From Octopus sinensis (Eukaryota), in the NCBI RefSeq assembly GCF_006345805.1, contig NC_043005.1, positions 77,376,001 to 77,440,000 of the forward strand: DNA of 64,000 nt, given 5' to 3'. Made by a program: the position numbers and the translations under genes. The first letter of the stretch is position 1. Each line of letters starts with the position of its first letter. Below are positions 1-12,799 of this stretch, in pieces. The notes under the pieces are model-generated. The model made no database searches, was not told the DNA's origin, and saw nothing but the letters and a program-made list of their open reading frames with translations.

Positions 1-292
1 ATTTTTAGAACCGGGTGCTTATTCTGTCGGTCTCTTTTGCTAAATAAATCAATAGCCGGCCGTGGTGGGACAAACACAAAGACACACACGCACACACAGA
101 CAGACACACGCACACACACACACACTCACAAACGCATACACATACACACACAAGATGGGTTTCTTTCAATTTCAGTCTACCAATTCTACTTACAGGGCTT
201 TGGTCGACCCGAGGTTGTAGTAGAAAATACTTGCCCAAGGTGCTGTGCATTGGGAATGAACCCGGAACCACGTTGCTATAAAGCAAAATTCC
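1..292 (-). mobile_element. tRNA-headed SINE (family A: bipartite, central microsatellite), degenerate, cut by window edge
   Basis: Reverse complement of the family body (cttattctgtcggtctcttttgc) at 18-40, a (CA)n spacer, then the head half (gggaatgaacccggaaccac) at 252-271. The same blocks recur at 53440-53825 and 58069-58512. Confidence 0.75.
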
Positions 293-609
293 TACATACA
301 CACACGCACAAATATAGATTTACATGTAAATATCTTTGTGTGTGTATTTGCGTGTGTGTATATGCGCGCATGTGTGAGTGCGTACACATATACATATACA
401 TGCATACATACATTTATCTATTCGTCAGTCTTCCAGATTATGGAGCGCGTCTGTCGAAGAGGATAAAGAGCACTTTCCCAAAATTATGTGAAGTCCAATA
501 TTCGATGAGCAATTGTGACTGCAGTTATTCCACACAGACGCGCTCGCAAACACAAGGCCAGATACATAAAACACACAATGTGTACGCATCTCAGAATAAT
601 TGAAAAGAA

Positions 610-1030
610 TAACTATATACAGGTAAGTATATGTGTGTGTATATGTTATATATATATATGTTTATGTATATGTGTATGTGTGCATATGCATATATATATA
701 TATATATACGTATGTATATATGTATATGTATATTTATATATGTATGTATATATGTATATATATATATATACATATATATACATATATATATATATATATG
801 TGTGTGTATATATACACATATATAGATATATACATATATATACATATATATATGTGTGTGTGTACGTATATATGCTTTTATATTCATATATGTATATATA
901 TATATATATATATTTATATATGCATATTTATTTATGTACGTACGTATGTGTGCGTGTATGTATGTATGTATGTATGTATTCATGTATGTATGTATATATA
1001 TATATGTATGCGTATATGTATGTAAGCATG
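610..1030. repeat. Compound (TA)n/(TATG)n microsatellite
   Basis: Direct reading; source of the YIYI/VCVC ORFs. Confidence 0.95.
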
Positions 1031-1509
1031 TATGCACATTGAATATTCACGCTTCGCATTGTGTTTGGTGTAATGTAAATAATTATGCCGATATGTCTGC
1101 GTCTATGAAAAGATGTTTATGTATTGCTCGATCTGTCTGATCATGTATATATGCATGTCTATGTTGGTGTAATACTATGCTTTAATGTATATGGGTGTGT
1201 AGATAAAAGGGAGTTGTATAAAAGAAACCTATAATTACCTTTCATAGTTGATTTGTTTCCGGTATTTTCTCTATAACATGCTTTAATCTTGGTCTTTATT
1301 GTGTCGAGTTTACTTTTCCATCGAGCAAATCGATTTACCAAAGAGAATCATAGGAACTTGAATAAAGAAAGCAGTCTGGCTACAGGAACATTACGTTCTG
1401 TCTCTGAACGTAGGCACCGATGTTTTAGAAAAGAATAAACGAGATGCCACATTATTTGTGAAATTTATTCATAATGGCAGCTAACGAGAGTCAAACTGCT
1501 CCCAATTTT

Positions 1510-1950
1510 GGATTGTATGTATTTGTGTGTGTGTGTGTGTTTTGTATGCGTGTGTGTGTGTGTGTGCGTGCGTGTATGTGTGTGCGTGTGTGTGTGAGTG
1601 CTTGTCCCCACCACCCCTTGTTGTTGTTGTTGTTGTTGTTGTTAAGCAACAAGACGGGTAAAGGTGATTAGGTGATGGTCTACGTCTTAGGGGCGAGAGA
1701 CCCCAGACCTTGGAAAAAAAAACCTTTGGTCGTCTTGTTGTAGTCGAGGCCTCTTCGTTGACGCCCGACACCACTGGGAGGTGGCCCTCGAAGTCGCTGG
1801 TTCCAAATTCTTGAACGGCCCCAGCACCCCTCGACAAGCGGTGTCTTTTAGTATCCATCCCTGTATTGTAGCGGTTCAGCAAAAAGAGCCCGACAAATTA
1901 AGCAGCAGGCTTTGCATGGCCGCCGTCTAATGAATGAAATAGGTGGAGAG
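1510..1950 (+). mobile_element. Family A SINE 3' half, interrupted by a nested insertion
   Basis: gcttgtccccaccacc on the left resumes as ccccagcacccctcgacaagcggtg...tagcggttcagcaaaaagagcccga...gcatggccgccgtctaatga on the right. Confidence 0.7.
1621..1818 (-). mobile_element. 5'-truncated non-LTR retroposon 3' end with (AAC)n tail and ~15-bp TSD
   Basis: Flanks ccccaccaccccttg (1606-1620) and ccccagcacccctcg (1819-1833) match at 13/15. The (TTG)n tract at the left boundary reads as an (AAC)n tail on the minus strand. Confidence 0.6.
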
Positions 1951-3050
1951 TAAAGACGCGCGCGCGCAAATACACACATACACACACAAACACACACACA
2001 CAAACACACAAACACCCCCCCCCACACACACACACACCACCACAACCGCAACAGAATGCAAACAGAAGTCACCAATACTTCAAAGCATCAAGCAATGCGT
2101 CCACATTTGTATCCCGCTGCTAGATTCAATATTTAATTACAGCTGGATTATTCACCATAGTTATCGTTAGGAACTATGAATACGTACAAGCTCTAATTGA
2201 ATTTGTTTAAGTAATACCTGAATAATTAAAGATTTATTTCATCAGCTTTGCTACCCCCGCGAATTAACAGTGCTCGACCTTGAAGAATATATGAGTTAAG
2301 TCCCTTTGATCAGCTTTGATCTGAGTTCTATTACGCGTGTGTGGTGTGTGATTGCTATTGTGTGCCAAACCGTATCTTATTGATGACAAAGGAGGGATTA
2401 TCTTTGCAGACGGATCTCTCTCAAAGTTCCTTCTTTCATTTTCTTACTCAGGAATGCAATGAAAATTGTAGTTCTAGATACATAGTTTCTGAAGAAAAAA
2501 AAAACAGAATAACCACAGCTATATAATATTCTCAGCGTGTGTGTGCCATTGGAAACCAGAAGTTACAGTTTTCGTACGCAAAATGTACCTTTATAGATGC
2601 ATTGTGTTAAGTAAAACAGTGTATACTCCAGAGCTGGGGATAGCGAAATCGCTCCAGAAGCAACAGCGAGAGCCACAGATACACATTTCGTCGTAACAGC
2701 GGCATGACAATATCACCTACTCGTGCCTCTTCCGAAACGAAGTCGAATAGCCCAGTTTGAAGTATGCAGAGACAGTTGAGATGCTTTTCATTATTCTTTT
2801 GATCTTCATAGATCAATTTAATGCTAACCAAATACAATAAGAAGGAGCCAATACGGGAGCCTCCACGCAGTTGTTGGACAGAGAAGAAATAACAGCAAAA
2901 TTTCACTGACACCTCCCTTCTGTCTTAAAAACAAATAAGAAGGATACTAGGAATTTAAGAATTTCGCGATACACTATGTATGGAACTTTACTTATTTGGG
3001 GGCTGATTGACCAGAATAATCCTACGGTTATACTAAAAAATATTTTTTAT

Positions 3051-3414
3051 TGCCCACAAGGGACCAAACATAGAGGGGACAAACAAGGACAAACAAAGAG
3101 ATTAAGTCGAATATATCGACCCCAGTGCGCAACTGGTACTTAATTTATCGACCCCTAAAGAATGAAAGGCAAAGTCGACCTCGGCGGAATTTGAACTCAG
3201 AACGTAACGGCAGACGAAATACCTATTTCTTTACTATCCACAAGGGACTAAACATAGAGGGGACAGACAAGGACAGACAAACTGATTAAGTCGATTACAT
3301 CGAATCGAAAGGATGAAAGGCAAAATCGACCTCGACGGAATTTGAACTCAGAACGTAACGGCAGACGAAATACAGCTACGCATTTCACCCGGTGTGCTAA
3401 CGCTTCTGCCAGCT
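3051..3414 (-). mobile_element. Dimeric tRNA-headed SINE (family B)
   Basis: Body cccacaagggac...ttaagtcga...aaggcaaagtcgacctcggcggaatttgaactcagaacg occurs twice. B-box GAGTTCAAATTCC is on the minus strand. Same architecture at 49165-49566. Confidence 0.85.
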
Positions 3415-3980
3415 AATCATTCATATTATACAGAAACATATCACTTGCATACTACAGTCGGTGAAACTGGAATTTCGTTGCAACAATAAAAATCTTCGAC
3501 TGTGTTTCTACTAATATCTCATTCATTTATTTTGAAGTAATCTAAAAATATATTTCTAAAACCGAACAAAACCAATCAATATTAATTTCCATGAGTAAAA
3601 CAAAATTTAAAAAGAATTAGTCGCAATGTCCACTGTTTAAATTCCTTCTATGTATTTCCACTGCGTCCCTTAGATTGCCAAAACCTAATCTGCATAATGT
3701 TATTTATCTTCTATTTTAATCTAATTATCTGACATACTTTTATAAAAAAGAGAAATTCCTGTTCCTTTCAATTATATAAAAATAAGAGAGAGTTAGAGAG
3801 AAGCAGGGAAGGAAGATTAACGGAGATAACAAGCGATTGAGAGATAAGGGAAGGGACTGATGACAATTAGAAAGAGAGAATTGAGAATATAATTTCTTCA
3901 TGAATAACATCTATTTAATTGAAAGAGGTGTAGGAAGAGCATCAGCAATAATATTTTTATATACATAGATAGATCTAAGT

Positions 3981-4360
3981 CAATGTTTCTCAACCATTTT
4001 TTTTATCAATGGACCCCTTTGATTATTCTTTTATTCTGGTGGATCCCCATAGCCATTCGATGTTTAAAAACTAGTTTTATATCAACGTCTTTCAAAATTC
4101 CTATTTTGCTTTCACATGTTCACTTGAGTAGGTTTTCAAAAAAACTCTCTGAGAGAACATGTTTCAGTGGCCGGAAACATGTTAAACTATGTAAGGCGCT
4201 AGAGAAATAAACGTAACTGTTTGTTGCAATACATACATCTAAAGAAAAGTTTTACAATGTACTATTATGGCTCTCCAATTTACAACTTTGCCTTTATGGA
4301 CACCCCAAATATCTCATATAGACCCTCATGGGACATATGGATCCCGGTTGAGAACTACTG
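3981..4360. mobile_element. hAT (Charlie-like) non-autonomous element / MITE
   Basis: TIRs caatgtttctcaacc and ggttgagaactactg (12/15 complementary). Flanking 8-mers atctaagt and atctagac resemble the NTCTAGAN hAT target. Confidence 0.7.
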
Positions 4361-4759
4361 ATCTAGACAAAGGGCGGCGAAGAGGAGCAGTCGTCGCTGG
4401 ACGCAAGCATTAGGAGATGTATTTTAACTAACCTACATTTCGCTTATTCATAAACACTGATTTGTGTCTATACTGCTGAATTTCTTCCGACCTGGCGGTC
4501 TAATAGCGCAATATAGCCAATATTGTTGGCCGTTTTTAAGCTAAAGCTACGGTTTTAATTACATCTGTCCATAGTTATCTCTCTTCGCTATTTCCCATTG
4601 ATATCGTCTTGGAATTCGACAGGGAGCAATACTGGGTAGATATGGTGTTGTTACACCTTTTAACATAAGAGAGAATTTTTTTCTTCACAGTAACTGCAAT
4701 GATTATGCCTTTAAAATTTTAGATATGTAATATGTAACAAAAATGTTTGAATTATTCAT

Positions 4760-4910
4760 GCATCTTCTCGTACTTTGAGAATTCGCAGATGTTATTGTTT
4801 GTTTTTAGAACGATATTGTAGGATTTGTGTGACAAGCCGGATCTGGCCACTTTGAACATAAAGCAGAATATTTGGGCGAGATATGGTCGGTTTAAATATT
4901 AAAGGTTTAA
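4760..4910. mobile_element. End fragment of a TTAA-bounded (piggyBac-like) non-autonomous repeat
   Basis: Ends ...gatatggtcggtttaaatattaaaggtttaa, similar to the end at 25130-25270. Confidence 0.4.
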
Positions 4911-5255
4911 AGTAATCGACTACACCTTGATTTAAAGTCTCTTGTAAATTGCTGATAAAAATAATGTGGTTCCATTTAGGAATTCAAGAGAAATTTTGGT
5001 TTAATTTCATAAATATTTGAGGGAGGAAAATTAATAAGTTCCAAATTCTTGCTGTACGAGAAAGGTGGACTATAAGAGTAATCACCATTCCCGCTCCTCG
5101 ATCATTCATATATGTCTAAGTTTGGAGCAAACCCTTTGGGAATCTCATATTTACTATTATTTATAGCTTTCTCTACTTCCAGTTCCACCGTCAAAAGCGA
5201 TTTATTGCATGTCCCTCGAAGTTTCTAAACTCTTGTGAGACAAGAAATACTACAG

Positions 5256-5331
<76 letters not shown>

Positions 5332-5460
5332 CAATATTAATTCTTGCTCCATAAGAACATATATATATATATACATACATGTATATTTGTATGTTTATAT
5401 ATATGCATATATGAATAACATGCATGTATATACGCATATTTATACATACATACATGTTTG

Positions 5461-5503
<43 letters not shown>

Positions 5504-6036
5504 CATGTATGTATGTTTGTGTGCGTATGCATATGTATGTACATATGTATTCATGCATGCATGCATGCATGTATGTATGTAGTATGTATGTATGTATGTA
5601 TGTATGTATGTATGAATCGTTTACACGGGCTGGTGCATATTAAAATATTGCATCCGTTTCCAGATATGAAGTTGCCGACGTGCAGAAGAAGAAATGTATG
5701 AAGAGACATTCTTTTGTCTTATCGTGCTGTAAACGAGGCAGCATTGATTCAGCCAGTGCTATGACATTTCGAGCAGGATTCAGGATATTGAAAATGTCTT
5801 TCTAAAGATCCCTGGGAAGACATTGCGATTATACGATGACCAATATTAAAGCTAGGAGAGGAAATGAACGAGAGAGGATGCCAGCTGGAGTGTAATGATT
5901 TTATTAATACTTATTACACAAATACCACCCTACACATAGTCGTATGCACATGGGTTACATATGTTTATAGGCAGGCAGTCATACATACATACAGACAGAC
6001 ATATAGACAGACAGACAGACAGATATATAGATAGAC

Positions 6037-6079
<43 letters not shown>

Positions 6080-6261
6080 TAGATAGATAGATAGATAGAT
6101 TAAGTGAGTGATTGATAGATTGATTGATATACACAAATACATATGTAAACATATATGCCATCACATACTTACATGCACACACACACATGTACATATATAT
6201 GCGCATGTATAAATATATAAATATATGAGTAAATGTGTGTGCGTAAATACATACACCTGTA

Positions 6262-6297
<36 letters not shown>

Positions 6298-6301
<4 letters not shown>

Positions 6302-9300
6302 ACAATCAAGGAACGGCCTTAATAGGCCATTCACCCACTAGAAATAACAGCCAAAGCTTCAACCGCAAATAAAAATTAATTCCATAAACCAGAGAAAATT
6401 TAAAAAACATTTACCCTGTAATTTCTTATACGATGCACCGTTTCATCTGCTGTTTAATGGTAAACTAACCTGATTAAATTAAATCAAGCCAATCTTCCAT
6501 AGGCCCTCAGATTCTTCAGTAAGAAATAGCCCAAGTCGGAACAGATATTTTCACGAGGCATTTCCGACCCTGCCAAGGTAATATCTGACCTAAAATTTTC
6601 AAATCGTCGCACTCGCGCCAAATTTATCGGCAGCAATAAATATAAGCCGTCGATTCCATTACGGAATTAACCAGAAAATTCATAATTAATCAATATAGGG
6701 TGGCAAAAAAAATTTTGTAGAATTTTTTTGCCACCAGCGGCCTAGTGGGAAAAAATTAAATAGTCATAGACCATTTTTAAGTTCAACATCAACAATCAAG
6801 GAACGGCCATAATAGGCCATTCACCCACTAGAAATAACAGCCAAAGCTTCAACCGCAAATAAAAATTAATTCCATAAACCAGGAGAAAATTTTAAAAACA
6901 TTTACCCTGTAATTTCTTATACGATGCACCGTTTCATCTGCTGTTTAATGGTAAACTAACCTGATTAAATTAAATCAAGCCAATCTTCCATAGGCCCTCA
7001 GATTCTTCAGTAAGAAATAGCCCAAGTCGGAACAGATATTTTCACGAGGGGCTATTTCTTACTGAAGAATCTGAGGGCCTATGGAAGATTGGCTTGATTT
7101 AATTTAATCAGGTTAGTTTACCATTAAACAGCAGATGAAACGGTGCATCGTATAAGAAATTACAGGGTAAATGTTTTTTAAATTTTCTCCTGGTTTATGG
7201 AATTAATTTTTATTTGCGGTTGAAGCTTTGGCTGTTATTTCTAGTGGGTGAATGGCCTATTATGGCCGTTCCTTGATTGTTGATGTTGAACTTAAAAATG
7301 GTCTATGACTATTTAATTTTTTCCCACTAGGCCGCTGGTGGCAAAAAAATTCTACAAAATTTTTTTTGCCACCCTATATTGATTAATTATGAATTTTCTG
7401 GTTAATTCCGTAATGGAATCGACGGCTTATATTTATTTGCTGCCGATAAATTGGCGCGAGTGCGACGATTTGAAAATTTTAGGTCAGATATTACCTTGGC
7501 AGGGTCGGAATGCCTCGTGAAAATATCTGTTCCGACTTGGGCTATTTCTTACTGAAGAATCTGAGGGCCTATGGAAGATTGGCTTGATTTAATTTAATCA
7601 GGTTAGTTTACCATTAAACAGCAGATGAAACGGTGCATCGTATAAGAAATTACAGGGTAAATGTTTTTTAAAATTTTCTCCTGGTTTATGGAATTAATTT
7701 TTATTTGCGGTTGAAGCTTTGGCTGTTATTTCTAGTGGGTGAATGGCCTATTATGGCCGTTCCTTGATTGTTGATGTTGAACTTAAAAATGGTCTATGAC
7801 TATTTAATTTTTTCCCACTAGGCCGCTGGTGGCAAAAAAATTCTACAAAATTTTTTTTGCCACCCTATATTGATTAATTATGAATTTTCTGGTTAATTCC
7901 GTAATGGAATCGACGGCTTATATTTATTTTCTGCCGATAAATTTGGCGCGAGTGCGACGATTTGAAAATTTTAGGTCAGATATTACCTTGGCAGGGTCGG
8001 AAATGCCTCGTGAAAATATCTGTTCCGACTGGGGCTATTTCTTACTGAAGAATCTGAGGGCCTATGGAAGATTGGCTTGATTTAATTTAATCAGGTTAGT
8101 TTACCATTAAACAGCAGATGAAACGGTGCATCGTATAAGAAATTACAGGGTAAATGTTTTTTAAATTTTCTCCTGGTTTATGGAATTAATTTTTATTTGC
8201 GGTTGAAGCTTTGGCTGTATTTCTAGGGGTGAATGGCCTATTATGGCCGTTCCTTGATTGTTGATGTTGAACTTAAAAATGGTCTATGACTATTTAATTT
8301 TTTCCCACTAGGCCGCTGGTGGCAAAAAAATTCTACAAAATTTTTTGCCCCCCTATATTGATTAATTATGAATTTTCTGGTTAATTCCGTAATGGAATCG
8401 ACGGCTTATATTTATTTGCTGCTGATAAATTTGGCGCGAGTGCGACGATTTGAAAATTTTAGGTCAGATATTACCTTGGCAGGGTCGGAATGCCTCGTGA
8501 AAATATCTGTTCCGACTTGGGCTATTTCTTACTGAAGAATCTGAGGGCCTATGGAAGATTGGCTTGATTTAATTTAATCAGGTTAGTTTACCATTAAACA
8601 GCAGATGAAACGGTGCATCGTATAAGAAATTACAGGGTAAATGTTTTTAAAATTTTCTCCTGGTTTATGGAATTAATTTTATTGCGGTTGAAGCTTTGGC
8701 TGTTTTTCTAGTGGGTGAATGGCCTATTATGGCCGTTCCTTGATTGTTGATGTTGAACTTAAAAATGGTCTATGATTATTTAATTTTTTCCCACTAGGCC
8801 GCTGGTGGCAAAAAAATTCTACAAAATTTTTTTTGCCACCCTATATTGATTATTATGAATTTTCTGGTTAATTCCGTAATGGAATCGACGGCTTATATTT
8901 ATTGCTGCCGATAAATTGGCGCGAGTGCGACGATTTGAAAATTTTAGGTCAGATATTACCTTGGCAGGGTCGGAAATGCCTCGTGAAAATATCTGTTCCG
9001 ACTTAGGCTATTCTTACTGAAGAATCTGAGGGCCTATGGAAGATTGGCTTGATTTAATTTAATCAGGTTAGTTTACCATTAAACAGCAGATGAAACGGTG
9101 CATCGTATAAGAAATTACAGGGTAAATGTTTTTTAAATTTTCTCCTGGTTTATGGAAATAATTTATTTGCGGTTGAAGCTTTGGCTGTTATTTCTAGTGG
9201 GTGAATGGCCTATTGTGGCCGTTTCTTGATTGTTGATGTTGAACTTAAAAATGGTCTATGACTATTTAATTTTTTCCCACTAGGCCGCTGGTGGCAAAAA

Positions 9301-9836
9301 AATTCTACAAAATTTTTTTTGCCACCCTATATTGATTAATTATGAATTTTCTGGTTAATTCCGTAATGGAATCGACGGCTTATATTTATTTGCTGCCGAT
9401 AAATTTGGCGCGAGTGCGACGATTTGAAAATTTTAGGTCAGATATTACCTTGGCAGGGTCGGAAATGGCCTCGTGAAAATATCTGTTCCGACTTGGGCTA
9501 TTTCTTACTGAAGAATCTGAGGGCCTATGGAAGATTGGCTTGATTTAATTTAATCAGGTTAGTTTACCATTAAACAGCAGATGAAACGGTGCATCGTATA
9601 AGAAATTACAGGGTAAATGTTTTTTAAAATTTTCTCCTGGTTTATGGAATTAATTTTTATTTGCGGTTGAAGCTTTGGCTGTTATTTCTAGTGGGTGAAT
9701 GGCCTATTATGGCCGTTCCTTGATTGTTGAAGTTGAACTTAAAAATGGTCTATGACTATTTAATTTTTTCCCACTAGGCCGCTGGTGGCAAAAAAATTCT
9801 ACAAAATTTTTTTGCCACCCTATATTGATTAATTAT
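6298..9836. repeat. ~490-bp tandem satellite, ~7.2 copies, with an internal orientation switch at 7048/7049
   Basis: aacaatcaaggaacggcc recurs at 6301 and 6791. In the inverted part, gggctatttcttactgaag recurs at 7049, 7539, 8032, 8519, 9005 and 9495. Units differ mostly by homopolymer-length indels. (TA)n flanks both sides. Confidence 0.97.
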
Positions 9837-9853
9837 ATATATATATATTATAT

Positions 9854-9892
<39 letters not shown>

Positions 9893-10829
9893 TATATAAT
9901 TAGGCTTAGTAAAATAAATTACTTTGCGCACATACTGAACTTAGTAGAAATAGCAGCCAATTGTTGATATATATACTCTCAATTGTTGATATATATATAA
10001 TATATATATATATATATACATACATATATGTATATATATATGTGTGGAGAGAGAGAAAGGGAGAGAAATATATCGACAGACAGACAGATTGATAGATAGA
10101 TCTACAATCTCACTTCTATGTTTCATAAACACGACACACCAAGCCACCTGCATGTCTCCCCAAACAATTTCATCTCTCCCTATTTTGACACATTCCTCGC
10201 ACTTCATGTTACTTTTCTTTCCTATACCCAAAAGGCAAACAATGCTCTCTACCCCTTCGAATTATTTTCCTTTCGCCCGGCCTATCCGGTATCGTAATCA
10301 CTGAGGGCTTCATCCCTTCGTATTCTCTTTTATCTCTTGACGAAGGCTTCCCGAACTCAAAACGCATTCTCGACTTCCATACTTTATCCCAGCATCTTTA
10401 CTAACTCCTTTTTTTTCTGAACTTGTTGTCACGCTCCACTGTTTACCTTTCGAGGATAACATCTCTGAACATTTACTGGAATAGTCATGGGTGCAAGAAT
10501 GTACCCTAATAGTTGCAACTTATGGTCAACAAAGCAATTTTCTTCCCATCTCCGAGTAGAATCATATCAAACGTCTTTCTTTCACATCTAAATAATTGCA
10601 TTACAAAATTTTTTTATACTTCCCCGTTTGATTCATTGTTGCACGCTCGAAAACAACGCTTTTCCACTTCCGAAATCTTATTATACAATTCCAAACACAC
10701 ACCACCCCCCACACACACACTATCATGTAACTTGCTCTGTATATCCCACATCGGTTCTTTGAAACTTTTATTTATACACACACACGCTTGCTCATACACG
10801 TCCGCAAAGCGTCTCATACACTTGTTTAT

Positions 10830-11060
10830 ACTATTGATGACCTTCAGGAGCATTGTGCGCTCTAAATCAAATATTTTGCATTTGCGGCTCCGCTGGTGGC
10901 TAATGAGCCCTGCTATTGACATGCATATACGACTGCAAACATTGCAAACCAAGCTTTCCCCATTCACTACACCAGTAGTGCTCTTTCAAGAAGCACGCTT
11001 AAGTTCTTCATGCAGAATACGTGCTCTCTCCTAAGTGTCGATCTCCTCCTTAACCTGCTT
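10830..11060 (-). mobile_element. RTE-type LINE ORF C-terminal C2H2-like zinc-finger remnant
   Basis: Translation ...RARILHEELKRAS*...NGESLVCNVCSRICMSIAGLISHQRSRKC fits the CxxCxRxCxSxxGLxSHxR pattern typical of RTE C-termini. Confidence 0.7.
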
Positions 11061-11601
11061 CATACTACCCATCTAAATATTACAAGCCAACGTCCCCTAT
11101 TTCCAATGAGTAACAACAATATATTTCCACACTTACAGGCATCTATAAACAATCTCACTCCACAACACAAACGTACACACCATCTCCTTTCTTCAAGACA
11201 TAGAAACACTCACATGTATATATGAAACTATACAGCGACCACTTTCTTCCTCCTCAACTCCTCCATAGAACGGCACTGCAAGTTCCTAACCATTCACCAT
11301 CTTACAGTGTTTTTTTTTCTCTTTTGTTAAAATTTTTTATCCATTAAGTACTTTTTAAAATTTTGTAATATTCTTTTATTATTTTTTCTTATAATCCACA
11401 CACTAATTCCTGTTCCGTTCCACTCTCACAATGTTCCAATTTTCTTTTTCTTTTTCTTTTCTTTCTGGTGAAAGGCTAACGTCGGAAATGATAAATCACA
11501 TTGCTTTCAAATTCTCTAGACAAACTAATATTTGTCGAACTTATCTCTTTTAGTGTTGATATTTTTAATGCTTATTGACTTTGCATGTGTGTGTGTGTTT
11601 A

Positions 11602-11650
<49 letters not shown>

Positions 11651-12119
11651 ATACAGAGGGGCGAGAGCTCTCAACACGCTTCCATTTTTCCTGGGCGTGA
11701 AACTATTACACTATGCTTGTAGTTCCCTCACTTGTCTCTGTCAGCTATACAAGTATGTGTGTATGAGTGTGCATGTAAATAGATAAAGAGGTGTAGATAT
11801 ATCATCTATGTGTGTGTGTATATACATATATATACTGGTATGTATGTGTGTGTACGTGCGTGTGTGTGCACGCGAGTGCGTAAATGTACGGGTGTTGCGT
11901 TGAGTTCTTGAGCATTGTCTTTCGTGTAATATAAATAATTATGCCGATATGTCTCTGTCGATCAAAGAATGGCGCAAACAAAACCTCTGCAAGCAACGTC
12001 GAGTCGATGGAGGGAGTGAGCTACTTTAGAACAAAATCGTTCGGTTGCTATAAACAAACCTCTGCAGGTCGTTGAGCAAGAAACACATCACTCATCGTCT
12101 ACGATAAGAAAGTTGACCA

Positions 12120-12120
12120 C

Positions 12121-12203
<83 letters not shown>

Positions 12204-12223
12204 TAGGTAGATAGATAGATTAG

Positions 12224-12283
<60 letters not shown>

Positions 12284-12293
12284 TAAAGATAGT

Positions 12294-12382
<89 letters not shown>

Positions 12383-12440
12383 GTACGGAGGGATGGATCG
12401 ATAGATACATAGATAGATATAGATAGATATATACATAGAT

Positions 12441-12526
<86 letters not shown>

Positions 12527-12530
12527 CTAT
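12120..12530. repeat. (GATA)n/(GACA)n microsatellite
   Basis: Direct reading. Confidence 0.97.
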
Positions 12531-12574
12531 CCATACGATCATGTGTACATGTATCTATGTATCCTTTTAAGTTT

Positions 12575-12790
12575 TTATTCTTTCGCTCGTCTCAGTCATT
12601 TGACTGTGGCCATGCTGAAGCACCATCTTGAAAGGATTTTGTCGAACAAATAAACCTCTGGGCTTATTTTATAAATCTAGTACTTATTCTATCAGTATCT
12701 TTGGCCGAACCGGTAAGTTACGGAGATATAAACACAATATCACCGGTGGTCAAGTGGTTATGTGGGAACAAACACTAGCACAAAGGCACG
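12575..12790 (-). mobile_element. Family A SINE 3' half
   Basis: tcagtcatttgactgtggccatgctg...tacttattctatcagtatctttggccgaaccggtaagttacgg is the reverse complement of the family tail. Confidence 0.8.
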
Positions 12791-12799
12791 CACACATAA

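Noticed and set aside
1159-1341. ORF with an RT-like WxxKxxxxKTK look
   Set aside because: Too short and degenerate to assign.
7880-8080. 66-aa ORF in the satellite
   Set aside because: Open in only one unit because of homopolymer indels.
7049-9836. Hammerhead or CRISPR interpretation of the 490-bp array (CTGAAGA followed by an atct/agat stem)
   Set aside because: No GAAA follows the stem, so there is no hammerhead core. Units are fully repeated with no unique spacers and the DNA is eukaryotic, so it is not CRISPR.
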